From contig CAYRXC010000002.1 in the NCBI GenBank assembly GCA_964428195.1, positions 1 through 59,708 of the forward strand: a stretch of 59,708 nt of DNA. The letters run 5' to 3'. The stretch is from an uncultured Muribaculaceae bacterium. GTDB taxonomy: Bacteria > Bacillota_I > Bacilli_A > RF39 > UBA660. Shown one piece after another: positions 26,164 through 34,564 of this stretch. How positions within the stretch are numbered: the stretch's first letter is position 1; the number at the start of each line of letters is the position of its first letter. The translations under genes and the position numbers were made by a program. A model generated the notes under the pieces. That model worked only from the letters and a program-made list of their open reading frames with translations. It did no database searches and was not told the origin of the DNA.

Positions 26164-26808
26164 ATGAGGAAAATTATTGTTATATTCTTTATATTATTAT
26201 TCTTGTCTGGGTGTAAAGAGAAAAAAATAGAAGAGAAAATAATTGAGGAAGATAAAAATATAGAAGAAAAAGAAATATATATAGATGAGAATAACATTGC
26301 TTTAGGTTTTTATGATGATGATTGGAATAAAATTGAACAAATTACAAATTTATGGGTATTTCATAAAGATATAGGGTGGCCTTGGATATTTCCAATAAAT
26401 AAAGAAAAATTAGAAGAAGGTAAATCGAAAGATTTATGGCAAAAATATTGGGAGAGTAATTCAAAATACAAATTTGGATTAGAGATAGCATATTCTTTAA
26501 TATCTGGAGAAAAAATTGAGTTAACAATTTTAAAACCAAGCGATAATTCAAAGCATTCTGATTATGTTGAAATATATTTTTATGATGGATATAATGCAAC
26601 TACTTCTTGGTTTGATCATTTAGAAGATAATGAAATAAATGATGTAACTGTTTATACTTCAATAAAGGTAACAAGCGGCAAATATATCGACCAGGTAATT
26701 TCTCCCTTATCATTAAAAGTGTTTACATATGATGGACTTGATGATTTTGATGAAGAAGGAAAATATAGAGGTAAAAGTTACTCAACTTTGATAATAAACA
26801 AAAAATAA
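26164..26808 (+). CDS. Lipoprotein, unknown function
   Basis: The lipobox is LLFLSG-C. No family is recognised. Confidence 0.55.
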   Translation: MRKIIVIFFILLFLSGCKEKKIEEKIIEEDKNIEEKEIYIDENNIALGFYDDDWNKIEQITNLWVFHKDIGWPWIFPINKEKLEEGKSKDLWQKYWESNSKYKFGLEIAYSLISGEKIELTILKPSDNSKHSDYVEIYFYDGYNATTSWFDHLEDNEINDVTVYTSIKVTSGKYIDQVISPLSLKVFTYDGLDDFDEEGKYRGKSYSTLIINKK

Positions 26809-26826
26809 ATTATAATTGTTTTTTTG

Positions 26827-26855
26827 TTTACTTATATAATTATTTTTGCTATAAT
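26827..26855 (+). promoter_or_regulatory. Promoter of the rpsF-ssb-rpsR operon
   Basis: TTTACT (26827-26832), a 17-nt spacer, then the extended -10 TGcTATAAT (26847-26855). Confidence 0.45.
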
Positions 26856-26874
26856 TATCGCGAGTATTAATTTA

Positions 26875-26915
26875 CTCCTTGCTTTTCTTAGGGAAAAGCC
26901 AAAGACCGAAAGGAG
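26875..26915 (+). promoter_or_regulatory. SD-sequestering 5' leader structure of rpsF (candidate S6:S18 autoregulatory leader)
   Basis: CTCCTT (26875-26880) can pair with the RBS AAGGAG (26910-26915). This encloses a 7-bp hairpin, GCTTTTC-TTAGG-GAAAAGC (26881-26899). Confidence 0.4.
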
Positions 26916-26921
26916 GAAAAT

Positions 26922-27209
26922 ATGAAATATGAAATAATGTTCATAGTAAGACCTGACATAGAAGAGGGAGCACAAAAAGATCTAATAATTTCTTTTGACA
27001 AGATTTTAAAAGACAATAAGGCAACCATAGACATGTTTAAAGATATGGGTCAAAGAGAATTAGCTTATGATATTGGAAAATATAAGAGTGGATTCTATTA
27101 CTTATACGAGATTAGTTCAAAAGATTCAGCAGCACAAAAAGAATTTGATCGTATTGCTAATTTGAGCGAAGATGTAATTCGTCATATGGTAATCAATTTG
27201 AATAAATAG
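26922..27209 (+). CDS. rpsF: 30S ribosomal protein S6
   Basis: MKYEIMFIVRPD... typical S6 N-terminus, in an rpsF-ssb-rpsR context. Confidence 0.95.
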   Translation: MKYEIMFIVRPDIEEGAQKDLIISFDKILKDNKATIDMFKDMGQRELAYDIGKYKSGFYYLYEISSKDSAAQKEFDRIANLSEDVIRHMVINLNK

Positions 27210-27218
27210 GAGGTAAAT

Positions 27219-27668
27219 ATGATGAATAAAGTAATGTTGATTGGAAGATTAACAAAAGACCCTGATTTAAGGTATACAACAAGCAATATTGCAACAGTGT
27301 CTTTTTCAATTGCGGTAAATAGACCATTTACAAATCAAAGTGGAGTTAGAGAAGCTGACTTTTTAAATGTTGTGGCTTGGAGAAAACAAGCAGAAAATGT
27401 AAAAAAATATATTACAAAAGGTAGCTTAGTTGCGGTTGAAGGTAGAATTCAAACTAGAAATTATGATGATAAAGATGGAAAAAAAGTATATGTCACTGAA
27501 GTTGTGGCTGATTCTGTTCAATTTTTAGAACCAAAAGGTCAAAGATCTATGGAGAGCAATAATAGTTTTGTTCCTATGGATTCTGTTCCAACTACTGATG
27601 TTGGGGATGAACCATATATAGACTTTGGTCAAACAGTTGAACTTAGTGATGATGACATAGCATTCTAA
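27219..27668 (+). CDS. ssb: Single-stranded DNA-binding protein
   Basis: OB-fold block MNKVMLIGRLTKDPDLRYT...ADFLNVVAWRKQAENV and the acidic tail DDDIAF. Confidence 0.95.
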   Translation: MMNKVMLIGRLTKDPDLRYTTSNIATVSFSIAVNRPFTNQSGVREADFLNVVAWRKQAENVKKYITKGSLVAVEGRIQTRNYDDKDGKKVYVTEVVADSVQFLEPKGQRSMESNNSFVPMDSVPTTDVGDEPYIDFGQTVELSDDDIAF

Positions 27669-27680
27669 GAAGGAGGAAAT

Positions 27681-27896
27681 ATGGCGGAGTTTTATAAAAA
27701 AAGAAAAAAAGTTTGTCAATTGTGTCAAGGTAAAACAATAAACTATAAAGATGTTGAAATAATTAAAAAATATATTAACGAAAAAGGGAAAATTTTACCA
27801 AGAAGAGCAACTGGAGCTTGTTCAAAACATCAAAGAGAAATAGCAACAGAAATTAAAAAAGCAAGACACATGGCTTTAGTGCCATTTACTGAATAG
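27681..27896 (+). CDS. rpsR: 30S ribosomal protein S18
   Basis: Contains INYKDVEIIKKYINEKGKILPRRATGACSKHQREIATEIKKARHMALVPF. Confidence 0.95.
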   Translation: MAEFYKKRKKVCQLCQGKTINYKDVEIIKKYINEKGKILPRRATGACSKHQREIATEIKKARHMALVPFTE

Positions 27897-27919
27897 TTTA
27901 GTTGATTAGGAAGTGAAAA

Positions 27920-28135
27920 ATGGAAATAGTATTATTGATCATATCATTGTTATTGATTACAATTATAATATTGCAAAGTGCAAAAGCAGAAGGTGCTTCT
28001 CAAATAATTCAAGGTGGTAATCTAGACTTGTTTAGTAATAGGAAAGAAAGAGGAAGTGAACTGTTTATTTCTAGGCTTACGATGGTACTAGGAATATCGT
28101 TTTTTGTAATTTGTTTATTTATGTCTTTACAATAA
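27920..28135 (+). CDS. secG: Preprotein translocase subunit SecG
   Basis: 71 aa with two TMs and a central G-rich loop (QSAKAEGASQIIQGG). It lies upstream of rnr, as in many Bacillota. Confidence 0.75.
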   Translation: MEIVLLIISLLLITIIILQSAKAEGASQIIQGGNLDLFSNRKERGSELFISRLTMVLGISFFVICLFMSLQ

Positions 28136-28153
28136 TAAGATATATATATAAAT

Positions 28154-28180
28154 AAGAACTAGATATTAGTTCTTTTTTAT
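28154..28180 (+). terminator. Rho-independent terminator
   Basis: AAGAACTA-GATAT-TAGTTCTT followed by TTTTAT. Confidence 0.65.
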
Positions 28181-28203
28181 TTTATAATGTATTTGGAGGA
28201 TAT

Positions 28204-30264
28204 ATGAAGAACTTGGTAATTGATTTACTGGATAAAACAAAAAAGCCTTTATCTGAAATTGAAATACTTGAAAAAATAGAAAATGATAAAACGTCTACTC
28301 TTGAAGAAATGTGTACTTTAGTTAGAGAAATGGAATTGGATGGTCAAATATATAAAACTAATAGTAATAAATATACATTATTTAAATATACACATTTGTT
28401 TGTGGGAAGATTATCTGTCAATAGAAAGGGATTTGGATTTTTAATTTTAGATGATGCACCAGATATATATATTAGCGCCTCAAATATGAAAGATGCTATT
28501 CATAATGATTTAGTTGCAGTCGAAAAAATAAACAAAGAAGAAGGAAAGATTGTAAAAGTTATCAATAGAAATTTAAAGAATGTTGTTGGAGAACTTTCAC
28601 TAGAAGATAACCAAAACATAGTAAAGATAGATACAGATAAGTATAAATTAATAATAACTATAGATGATGAGAATAAGAACAATGCAATGGTTGGAAATAT
28701 AGTGCTTGTCGAGCCGTTTATGCAAATAAAAGGAAATAACTATAAAGGGAAAATAGTAAAAGTATTGGGTCATAAAAACGATCCAGGAATTGATATTTTA
28801 GAGATTGTTTATAATCATGAAATAAGCGATATATTTCCCGAAAAAGTAATAGAAGAATCAAATAATATTAGTGAAAAAGTAATTGAAAAAGATTATGAAG
28901 GTAGGAAAGATTTAAGAAACCAAGAAATATTTACAATTGATGGAGATGATGCAAAAGATTTTGACGATGCGGTTTCTATCAAAATAAATGAAGATGGTAA
29001 TTATTTATTAGGAGTTCATATTGCGGATGTAAGCAATTACGTAAAGCCTGGGACAACATTAAATGAAGAAGCTTTTAATAGGGGAAATAGTGTTTACTTG
29101 GCGGATAGAGTAATTCCAATGTTACCACAAAAATTATCTAATGGAATTTGTTCATTGAATGAAGGAGTGGACAGATTGACCGTTACATGTGATATGGTAA
29201 TTGATAACAAAGGGAATGTCGTAAAATATGACATATATAATAGTGTAATTAATTCAAAAAAGAGAATGACATATAAAAAAGTAAATGAAATACTAGAAAA
29301 TAATATAGACGTTCAAGGGTATGAAGCTTTTGTTGAATCACTAAATAAAATGAAAGATTTGTCTCAAATAATTAGAAAATCTAAGATTGATAAAGGATAT
29401 ATCGATTTTGAGATTAATGAACCAGAAATCATTGTCGATGAGTCAGGAAAAGCTATAGATATAAAATTAAGAGAAAGAGGCATAGCAGAGAAGCTGATTG
29501 AAGACTTTATGATAATAACGAACGAAACAGTTGCAAGTTATGTTTTTTGGATGGGTTATCCATTTATTTATAGAGTTCATGGAATACCAAAAGAAGAAAG
29601 AATTACTAATTTCTTGACGATGATTAGCAATTTAGGTCATACGGTAAAAGGCAGTAAGAAAAATATTACTCCGAAATTTATTCAAAATATATTAGAATCT
29701 TTAAAAGAATATGAAGATTATGATATTGTATCCGAATTTGCTCTTAGATCTATGCAAAAGGCTTATTATAGCGTAGAAAATATAGGTCACTTTGGATTGG
29801 CAAGCAAAATTTATACCCACTTTACTAGCCCAATAAGAAGATACTCTGACTTGGTAATACATACCTTGTTAAAAGCATATCTTGACAACGATTTTAGTAA
29901 TAAATTTGAAAATTTGAGTATTATTGCGGAACATATCTCAAATAAAGAAAGAGCCGCTATAGAATGTGAAAGAGAAGTTAACGATATGAAGATGGCTGAA
30001 TACATGTCCAATCACATTGGAGAGCAATATGAGGGCATTATTTCGGGTATTATTCCCTCTGGAATTTTCGTAAGATTATCGAATATGATAGAAGGTTTTG
30101 TTCATGTAAGCGAACTTGGAGAAGATTATTATGTATATAATCAAAATCTTCAGATGTTTATTGGAAGAGATAAAGGTAAAAAATATAAACTTGGAGAAAG
30201 GGTGAAAGTAAAAGTTGCTGGGGCTTCAAAAGAAGAAAGAACTATTGACTTCGACTTGATTTAG
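28204..30264 (+). CDS. rnr: Ribonuclease R
   Basis: RNB-domain blocks (FTIDGDDAKDFDDAV; ADRVIPMLP; HFGLASKIYTHFTSPIRRYSDL) and a C-terminal S1 domain (GIISGIIPSGIFVRL). Confidence 0.9.
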   Translation: MKNLVIDLLDKTKKPLSEIEILEKIENDKTSTLEEMCTLVREMELDGQIYKTNSNKYTLFKYTHLFVGRLSVNRKGFGFLILDDAPDIYISASNMKDAIHNDLVAVEKINKEEGKIVKVINRNLKNVVGELSLEDNQNIVKIDTDKYKLIITIDDENKNNAMVGNIVLVEPFMQIKGNNYKGKIVKVLGHKNDPGIDILEIVYNHEISDIFPEKVIEESNNISEKVIEKDYEGRKDLRNQEIFTIDGDDAKDFDDAVSIKINEDGNYLLGVHIADVSNYVKPGTTLNEEAFNRGNSVYLADRVIPMLPQKLSNGICSLNEGVDRLTVTCDMVIDNKGNVVKYDIYNSVINSKKRMTYKKVNEILENNIDVQGYEAFVESLNKMKDLSQIIRKSKIDKGYIDFEINEPEIIVDESGKAIDIKLRERGIAEKLIEDFMIITNETVASYVFWMGYPFIYRVHGIPKEERITNFLTMISNLGHTVKGSKKNITPKFIQNILESLKEYEDYDIVSEFALRSMQKAYYSVENIGHFGLASKIYTHFTSPIRRYSDLVIHTLLKAYLDNDFSNKFENLSIIAEHISNKERAAIECEREVNDMKMAEYMSNHIGEQYEGIISGIIPSGIFVRLSNMIEGFVHVSELGEDYYVYNQNLQMFIGRDKGKKYKLGERVKVKVAGASKEERTIDFDLI

Positions 30265-30271
30265 AAAGAGC

Positions 30272-31405
30272 ATGAAAAAAAGAAAATTAAAAAAATCATT
30301 TATTATTATTTTAATATTGCCCATTATAGCGATAGCATTGTTAGTATTGCTATTGAGTAAAAATGACAAAGAGGAAACTCCAACAACATTGAACAAAGAC
30401 TATGAAACTGTTACATCCATGATGGTTGCCGGAAACATGTTGATGGATTCTTCTATTATAACTGATGGAATTTTAGAACAAGATAAGTATAGTTTTGAAT
30501 ACATATTTGAAGATTTACCATTAATCAAAGAAAAAGTTGATTTAAAATATTTTAATCAAGCAGCTTTAATTGGGGGTTCTAAACTTGGATATAGTAAAGG
30601 AACCAAATACAATGTTCCAAGTGAGTCGGGAGATCTGATGATAAAATATGGTTTTAATTTAATTTCTCTTGCAAGCAAATATTCATTGGATAAAGCGGAA
30701 CAGGGAATCAATAATACATTTGATTATTGGAATAAAAAAGAAAACATATTATTTAATGGGATTTCAAAAAATAATGCCGAAAAAGAGAGAGTAAGTGTTT
30801 TAGAAAAAAATAATATTAAATATGCATTGATTTCTTATACAATGAAAACAAATGTTCCATTAATTAAAAACAAAGAAAATTTAGTTAATATATATGATAA
30901 AGAAAGAGTTAAAGCAGATATTGTTAATGCAAAAAAAACAGCAGATATTCTAATTGTATCTATCGATTGGCGTGACAATGAAAACGATGTTATAACAGAA
31001 GAACAAAAAAATGTTGTTAAATACCTTGCTGACTTGGGAGTTAATATAATAATTGGAAACAATGTATATATTCAACCAATAACAATAGAAAAGGAATCCT
31101 TAGTTATATACTCATCCGGAAATTTAATTTCCGGCCATACTGATTATGATAAATCTTCATCGACCATTACAACATTCGATATTGTAATCAAAAAAGAAAA
31201 AGACAAAACTACAAAAATAGAATATAATAATATAAAAAGTTACCTTGTTTTTTTAAATAAAAAATCGGGTGCAAATTATAAATTAATTTCATACTCTAAC
31301 CTAAATGATCAAATTCTTCCAAATTATAGAGAATACTACGATAAATATAAGAATATAATTACTAAAGAATTGGGTGAGGTTGTTATTAATGAAGTAGGTG
31401 ATTAA
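30272..31405 (+). CDS. Membrane-anchored CapA/PGA_cap-like protein with degenerate metal-binding residues
   Basis: N-terminal TM. The protein is colinear with the CapA metallophosphatase pattern, but the expected ligand positions are substituted: AGNML for [10 protein letters not shown] for [11 protein letters not shown] for [14 protein letters not shown] for GHHPH. YSSGNLI is retained. Confidence 0.55.
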   Translation: MKKRKLKKSFIIILILPIIAIALLVLLLSKNDKEETPTTLNKDYETVTSMMVAGNMLMDSSIITDGILEQDKYSFEYIFEDLPLIKEKVDLKYFNQAALIGGSKLGYSKGTKYNVPSESGDLMIKYGFNLISLASKYSLDKAEQGINNTFDYWNKKENILFNGISKNNAEKERVSVLEKNNIKYALISYTMKTNVPLIKNKENLVNIYDKERVKADIVNAKKTADILIVSIDWRDNENDVITEEQKNVVKYLADLGVNIIIGNNVYIQPITIEKESLVIYSSGNLISGHTDYDKSSSTITTFDIVIKKEKDKTTKIEYNNIKSYLVFLNKKSGANYKLISYSNLNDQILPNYREYYDKYKNIITKELGEVVINEVGD

Positions 31406-31835
31406 ATTGGAAATATTCAATAGAAAAGCTAAGTTTGATTATTTTATCGAAGATACCTTTGAAGCTGGAATAGTATTAAAGGGTACAGAGATTAAGTCAA
31501 TCAGAGAAGGAAAGTGTAATTTAAAAGATAGTTATGCAATTATTAAAAATAATGAAGTTTTCTTGTTGAATACTCACATTTCTCAATATGAAAAAGGAAA
31601 TATATTTAATCACGAAGAAACAAGAACCAGAAAATTATTGCTGCACAAGAAAGAAATAATCAAATTAGCTTCCAAAGTTAATATTGAGGGTTTTACGCTT
31701 GTTCCAATTAAATTATATTTTAAGGGAGGAAAAGCAAAAATATTGATTGGAGTAGCAAAAGGGAAAAAAGAATACGATAAAAGAGATACAATAAAAAAAA
31801 GAGACATGGAAAGAGAAGTTAGGAAAAACAGCTAA
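31398..31835 (+). CDS. smpB: SsrA-binding protein SmpB
   Basis: Contains [29 protein letters not shown]...[15 protein letters not shown] start at 31398 (TTG at 31407 is possible). It lies directly upstream of ssrA. Confidence 0.9.
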   Translation: MIKLEIFNRKAKFDYFIEDTFEAGIVLKGTEIKSIREGKCNLKDSYAIIKNNEVFLLNTHISQYEKGNIFNHEETRTRKLLLHKKEIIKLASKVNIEGFTLVPIKLYFKGGKAKILIGVAKGKKEYDKRDTIKKRDMEREVRKNS

Positions 31836-31858
31836 AATATTTAATTTTTTATATTTTA

Positions 31859-31867
31859 TGGTATAAT
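31859..31867 (+). promoter_or_regulatory. Extended -10 promoter element (TGgTATAAT) for ssrA
   Basis: It ends 9 nt before the mature tmRNA 5' GGGG. Confidence 0.5.
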
Positions 31868-31876
31868 CTCTTCGAT

Positions 31877-32218
31877 GGGGCCGTCTTGGTTTCGACGGGA
31901 ATAGGAAAGGTGTAATTGCAAGTCGTAAGGCATGCGTAAAATCCAAACCAAAAATAGCTGGAAACAGAAACGAATCTCTAGCTTTCGCTTAATTAGCTGC
32001 TAGGCCTTTATATTCGATTTTCTTACGATGGTTTATAAGGGTTCAATAAAGTAAGATATATCATTTTTTTTCTAAGTTAAATGATGAATAATTATTAGAA
32101 TCGTCGATATAATTTTTTTAAATTTGAAATATCGATTAAAAAATAAATTTAAATAAACTTGTAGACGTTACATTGTTAATATTTTCGGACATGGGTTCAA
32201 TTCCCATCGGCTCCACCA
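31877..32218 (+). ncRNA. ssrA: tmRNA (SsrA), 342 nt
   Basis: The 5' GGGGCCG pairs with the 3' CGGCUCC-A-CCA, including the G3:U alanine identity pair. GGUUUCGACGGG is present. The T-arm is AUGGG-UUCAAUU-CCCAU. The tag reading frame is GCT GGA AAC AGA AAC GAA TCT CTA GCT TTC GCT TAA (31957-31992), giving AGNRNESLAFA. Confidence 0.9.
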
Positions 32219-32230
32219 GATGAAAAGCAT

Positions 32231-32262
32231 AGGTTTGATACAAAAGTATTGAACCTTTTTTA
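32231..32262 (+). terminator. Rho-independent terminator after ssrA
   Basis: 10-bp stem AGGTTTGATA / TATTGAACCT (two G-U pairs) followed by TTTTTTA. Confidence 0.5.
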
Positions 32263-32311
32263 TGTGAAAAATAAGTTTTCTCTGTTTATTCACAATTTGC
32301 AAAAAAATCAT

Positions 32312-32340
32312 TTGACAAAGCATTTATAGTTGTGTATACT
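32312..32340 (+). promoter_or_regulatory. Near-consensus sigma-A promoter of the ABC/GntR operon
   Basis: TTGACA (32312-32317), a 17-nt spacer, then TATACT (32335-32340). Confidence 0.55.
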
Positions 32341-32372
32341 GGGTATAAACAGCATGCACAGGAGGTGTATAC
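32332..32372 (+). promoter_or_regulatory. Candidate GntR (YtrA-type) operator: two copies of GTGTATAC
   Basis: GTGTATAC occurs at 32332-32339, overlapping the -10. It occurs again at 32365-32372, between the RBS AGGAGG and the ATG. Each copy contains the palindrome GTATAC. Confidence 0.35.
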
Positions 32373-32374
32373 AT

Positions 32375-33217
32375 ATGGATGCATTATATATAAGCAACCT
32401 TAATAAAACATACCCAGGGTTTCAATTAAAAAATGTTTCTTTATCTTTACCTAAAGGTTATATTTTAGGTTTTGTTGGAGAAAATGGAGCCGGAAAAACG
32501 ACAACCATTAATTCTATTTTGAACATTACCAAAAGAGATAGCGGAATTGTAAAAATCTTTGGAAAAGATATTGATGAACACGAAAATGATATAAAAAAAG
32601 ACATTGGATATATATCAGGAGATGTTTTTTACCCCAAAAAACAAATCAAAGAAGTTACCAAAATCTACAAAAGATTCTATGATACTTGGGACGATGAAGT
32701 GTATAAGGAATATCTAGAAATATTCAAATTAGATGAATCTAAGATGCTTGATCAATTATCTAAGGGAATGTATATCAAATATGTTTTGACGCTAGCTTTA
32801 TCTCATCATGCTTCTTTACTAATCCTCGATGAACCTACAACAGGACTTGATCCAGTTGCTAGAGACAATATACTTGAGATTTTCCAAACTCTAGTAGAAA
32901 CAGAAGAAGTCAGCATTTTCTATTCGACGCACATTACTTCGGATTTGGAAAAATGTGCTGATTATATAGCATTTATTAAAGAAGGATGCATCATTGAACA
33001 TTCCAGTAAAGATGAATTGCTTGATCGCTATAGATTAGTTAATGGTTCTATTGAATCTTTGCAAATCATTAAGGACAAATTGATAGCTTATAAAATTAAT
33101 TCTTTTGGATTTAATGGTTTAATTAGTACAGAACTCTTGATTGAACATGAAGACATCCGATATGCAGAGCCTTCTATTGATGATATCATGATTTATTTTT
33201 CGGGAAGGAGAGATTAA
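32375..33217 (+). CDS. ABC transporter ATP-binding protein (YtrB-like)
   Basis: Walker A GENGAGKTT, signature LSKGMYIKYVL (degenerate) and Walker B LLILDEPTTGLD. The ATG at 32375 is preceded by AGGAGG. Confidence 0.85.
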   Translation: MDALYISNLNKTYPGFQLKNVSLSLPKGYILGFVGENGAGKTTTINSILNITKRDSGIVKIFGKDIDEHENDIKKDIGYISGDVFYPKKQIKEVTKIYKRFYDTWDDEVYKEYLEIFKLDESKMLDQLSKGMYIKYVLTLALSHHASLLILDEPTTGLDPVARDNILEIFQTLVETEEVSIFYSTHITSDLEKCADYIAFIKEGCIIEHSSKDELLDRYRLVNGSIESLQIIKDKLIAYKINSFGFNGLISTELLIEHEDIRYAEPSIDDIMIYFSGRRD

Positions 33218-33219
33218 TA

Positions 33220-33858
33220 ATGAAGAATCTACTATATAAAGAAATTACTTTTTCAATCAATAAATTTTTCTTTGTTGTTCCAGTAATTATGTCATTGTTA
33301 TTCTTTATCCCAAATTGGTTGTTTTCAATTGTAGTAATGTACTTCTTTTGGGTGAGTGTCCCCCAAATTATTAATGGATATTCAGCTCAACTAGATTACA
33401 AGTTTTTGAGTATTTTACCAGTAACAAAGAAGGATATTGTCAGTTCAAAAATAATAGTCTTTATTCTTATAGAATTAACTCATATATTACTTGCAGTTGT
33501 TTTTGGTGTTATTCATAACTTAGTCTATGGATCCGATAATCTTTTTATGGAAATTAATCCCGCCTATTTTGGTGCAATACTTATTATGCTTGCATTGTTT
33601 AATATCTTTTTATTTCCTCCATATTTTAAAACGGCATACAAGTTTGGCAAACCATTAATATTTGCCAGTATTGTGTCTTTCTTATTCGCCGGTTTGTTTG
33701 AAGTGGGTGCTGCTGCAATACCATTTATGCAATACTTTTTGAAATCCGATAATGTCTTAATACAACTTGTAGTTCTTTTTATAGGGATTGTGTTGTTTTT
33801 CGGGCTTAATCTAATCACCATCAATCAATCGCAAACTAATTTTGAGAAGGCTAACTAA
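33220..33858 (+). CDS. ABC-2-type membrane permease
   Basis: About six TM helices, immediately downstream of the ATPase. Confidence 0.6.
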   Translation: MKNLLYKEITFSINKFFFVVPVIMSLLFFIPNWLFSIVVMYFFWVSVPQIINGYSAQLDYKFLSILPVTKKDIVSSKIIVFILIELTHILLAVVFGVIHNLVYGSDNLFMEINPAYFGAILIMLALFNIFLFPPYFKTAYKFGKPLIFASIVSFLFAGLFEVGAAAIPFMQYFLKSDNVLIQLVVLFIGIVLFFGLNLITINQSQTNFEKAN

Positions 33859-34229
33859 TGAAAAACATTCAAATATTAACCAAATCAAACAAACCAATTT
33901 ACCAACAGATCTATGATCAGATCTCCAATCAGATTATCTTAAAGAACCTGGAAGCTAACAGTCAGTTGCCTTCTATTCGAACTGCTGCAAAAGAATTGAG
34001 AGTCAGTATTATCACCATCAAACGAACTTGGGAAATGCTAGAGCAAAATAATTTTATTTACTTAGTTCCAGGCGTGGGGGCTTTTGTCAACGAAAATTCG
34101 GATTCATTTCTTCTAGATAAGAAAAATCAAAAAGTGGAAGGAATGTTGATGGATTTGATCAATGAGTGCATGATGGTTGGAATCACGTCAAAGGAATTGA
34201 AGAGTCTAATAGATATCATGTATAAATGA
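33858..34229 (+). CDS. GntR-family transcriptional regulator, short YtrA-like type
   Basis: The wHTH block is PIYQQIYDQISNQIILKNLEANSQLPSIRTAAKELRVSIITIKRTWEMLEQNNFIY. At 123 aa it has no large effector domain. Confidence 0.85.
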   Translation: MKNIQILTKSNKPIYQQIYDQISNQIILKNLEANSQLPSIRTAAKELRVSIITIKRTWEMLEQNNFIYLVPGVGAFVNENSDSFLLDKKNQKVEGMLMDLINECMMVGITSKELKSLIDIMYK

Positions 34230-34528
34230 TAGGACGGCACTGGTTTAACTAGCGGTTGAAACCCTGAAGCTTGATCAATCGCTCATCTAGTATAGTGTTT
34301 CAAAAAAATTAGGACAAAGAGTTTATGATAAGAGTTCATAAATGTCACAACAAAAATATAGATATATTTGTTGAGGATGATGAAGTAATAGAAGATGTAA
34401 ATCGTTATAAATTCTATTATTCAAGACTCCGGCGATGTAAACTTCCAAATAGGAATTTGGTATAAATTTTGTTTGAGTGTACAACACCTCTACCAATATA
34501 TAAAAAAATAAACAAATAATAATTTATA

Positions 34529-34537
34529 TGATATAAT
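34529..34537 (+). promoter_or_regulatory. Extended -10 promoter element (TGaTATAAT)
   Basis: Lies 28 nt upstream of the 34565 ATG. Confidence 0.4.
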
Positions 34538-34564
34538 AATTTTATATATAAAGGGAGGAAAATT

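Noticed and set aside
31713-31946. 77-aa minus-strand ORF spanning the smpB 3' end and the tmRNA 5' end.
   Set aside because: It overlaps a confidently folded tmRNA acceptor and tag region as well as smpB, so it is spurious. The same applies to 40351-40551 (-), which covers the tRNA-Thr.
34325-34465. 46-codon ORF (MIRVHKCHNKNIDIFVEDDEVIEDVNRYKFYYSRLRRCKLPNRNLV) in the long non-coding stretch after the GntR gene.
   Set aside because: It has no convincing RBS (AGGACAAAGAG is far and weak) and no recognisable motif, and it is below any length I can support. It is kept only as a note under the tmRNA-islet finding.
32219-34564. Searched for a direct repeat of the tmRNA 3' end (att-like) and for integrase or transposase genes that would prove an integrated element.
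   Set aside because: Only a poor partial match (CTCTACCAA near 34488-34496 versus CTCCACCA) was seen. No recombinase ORF exists in the window, so mobile-element status is not claimed.
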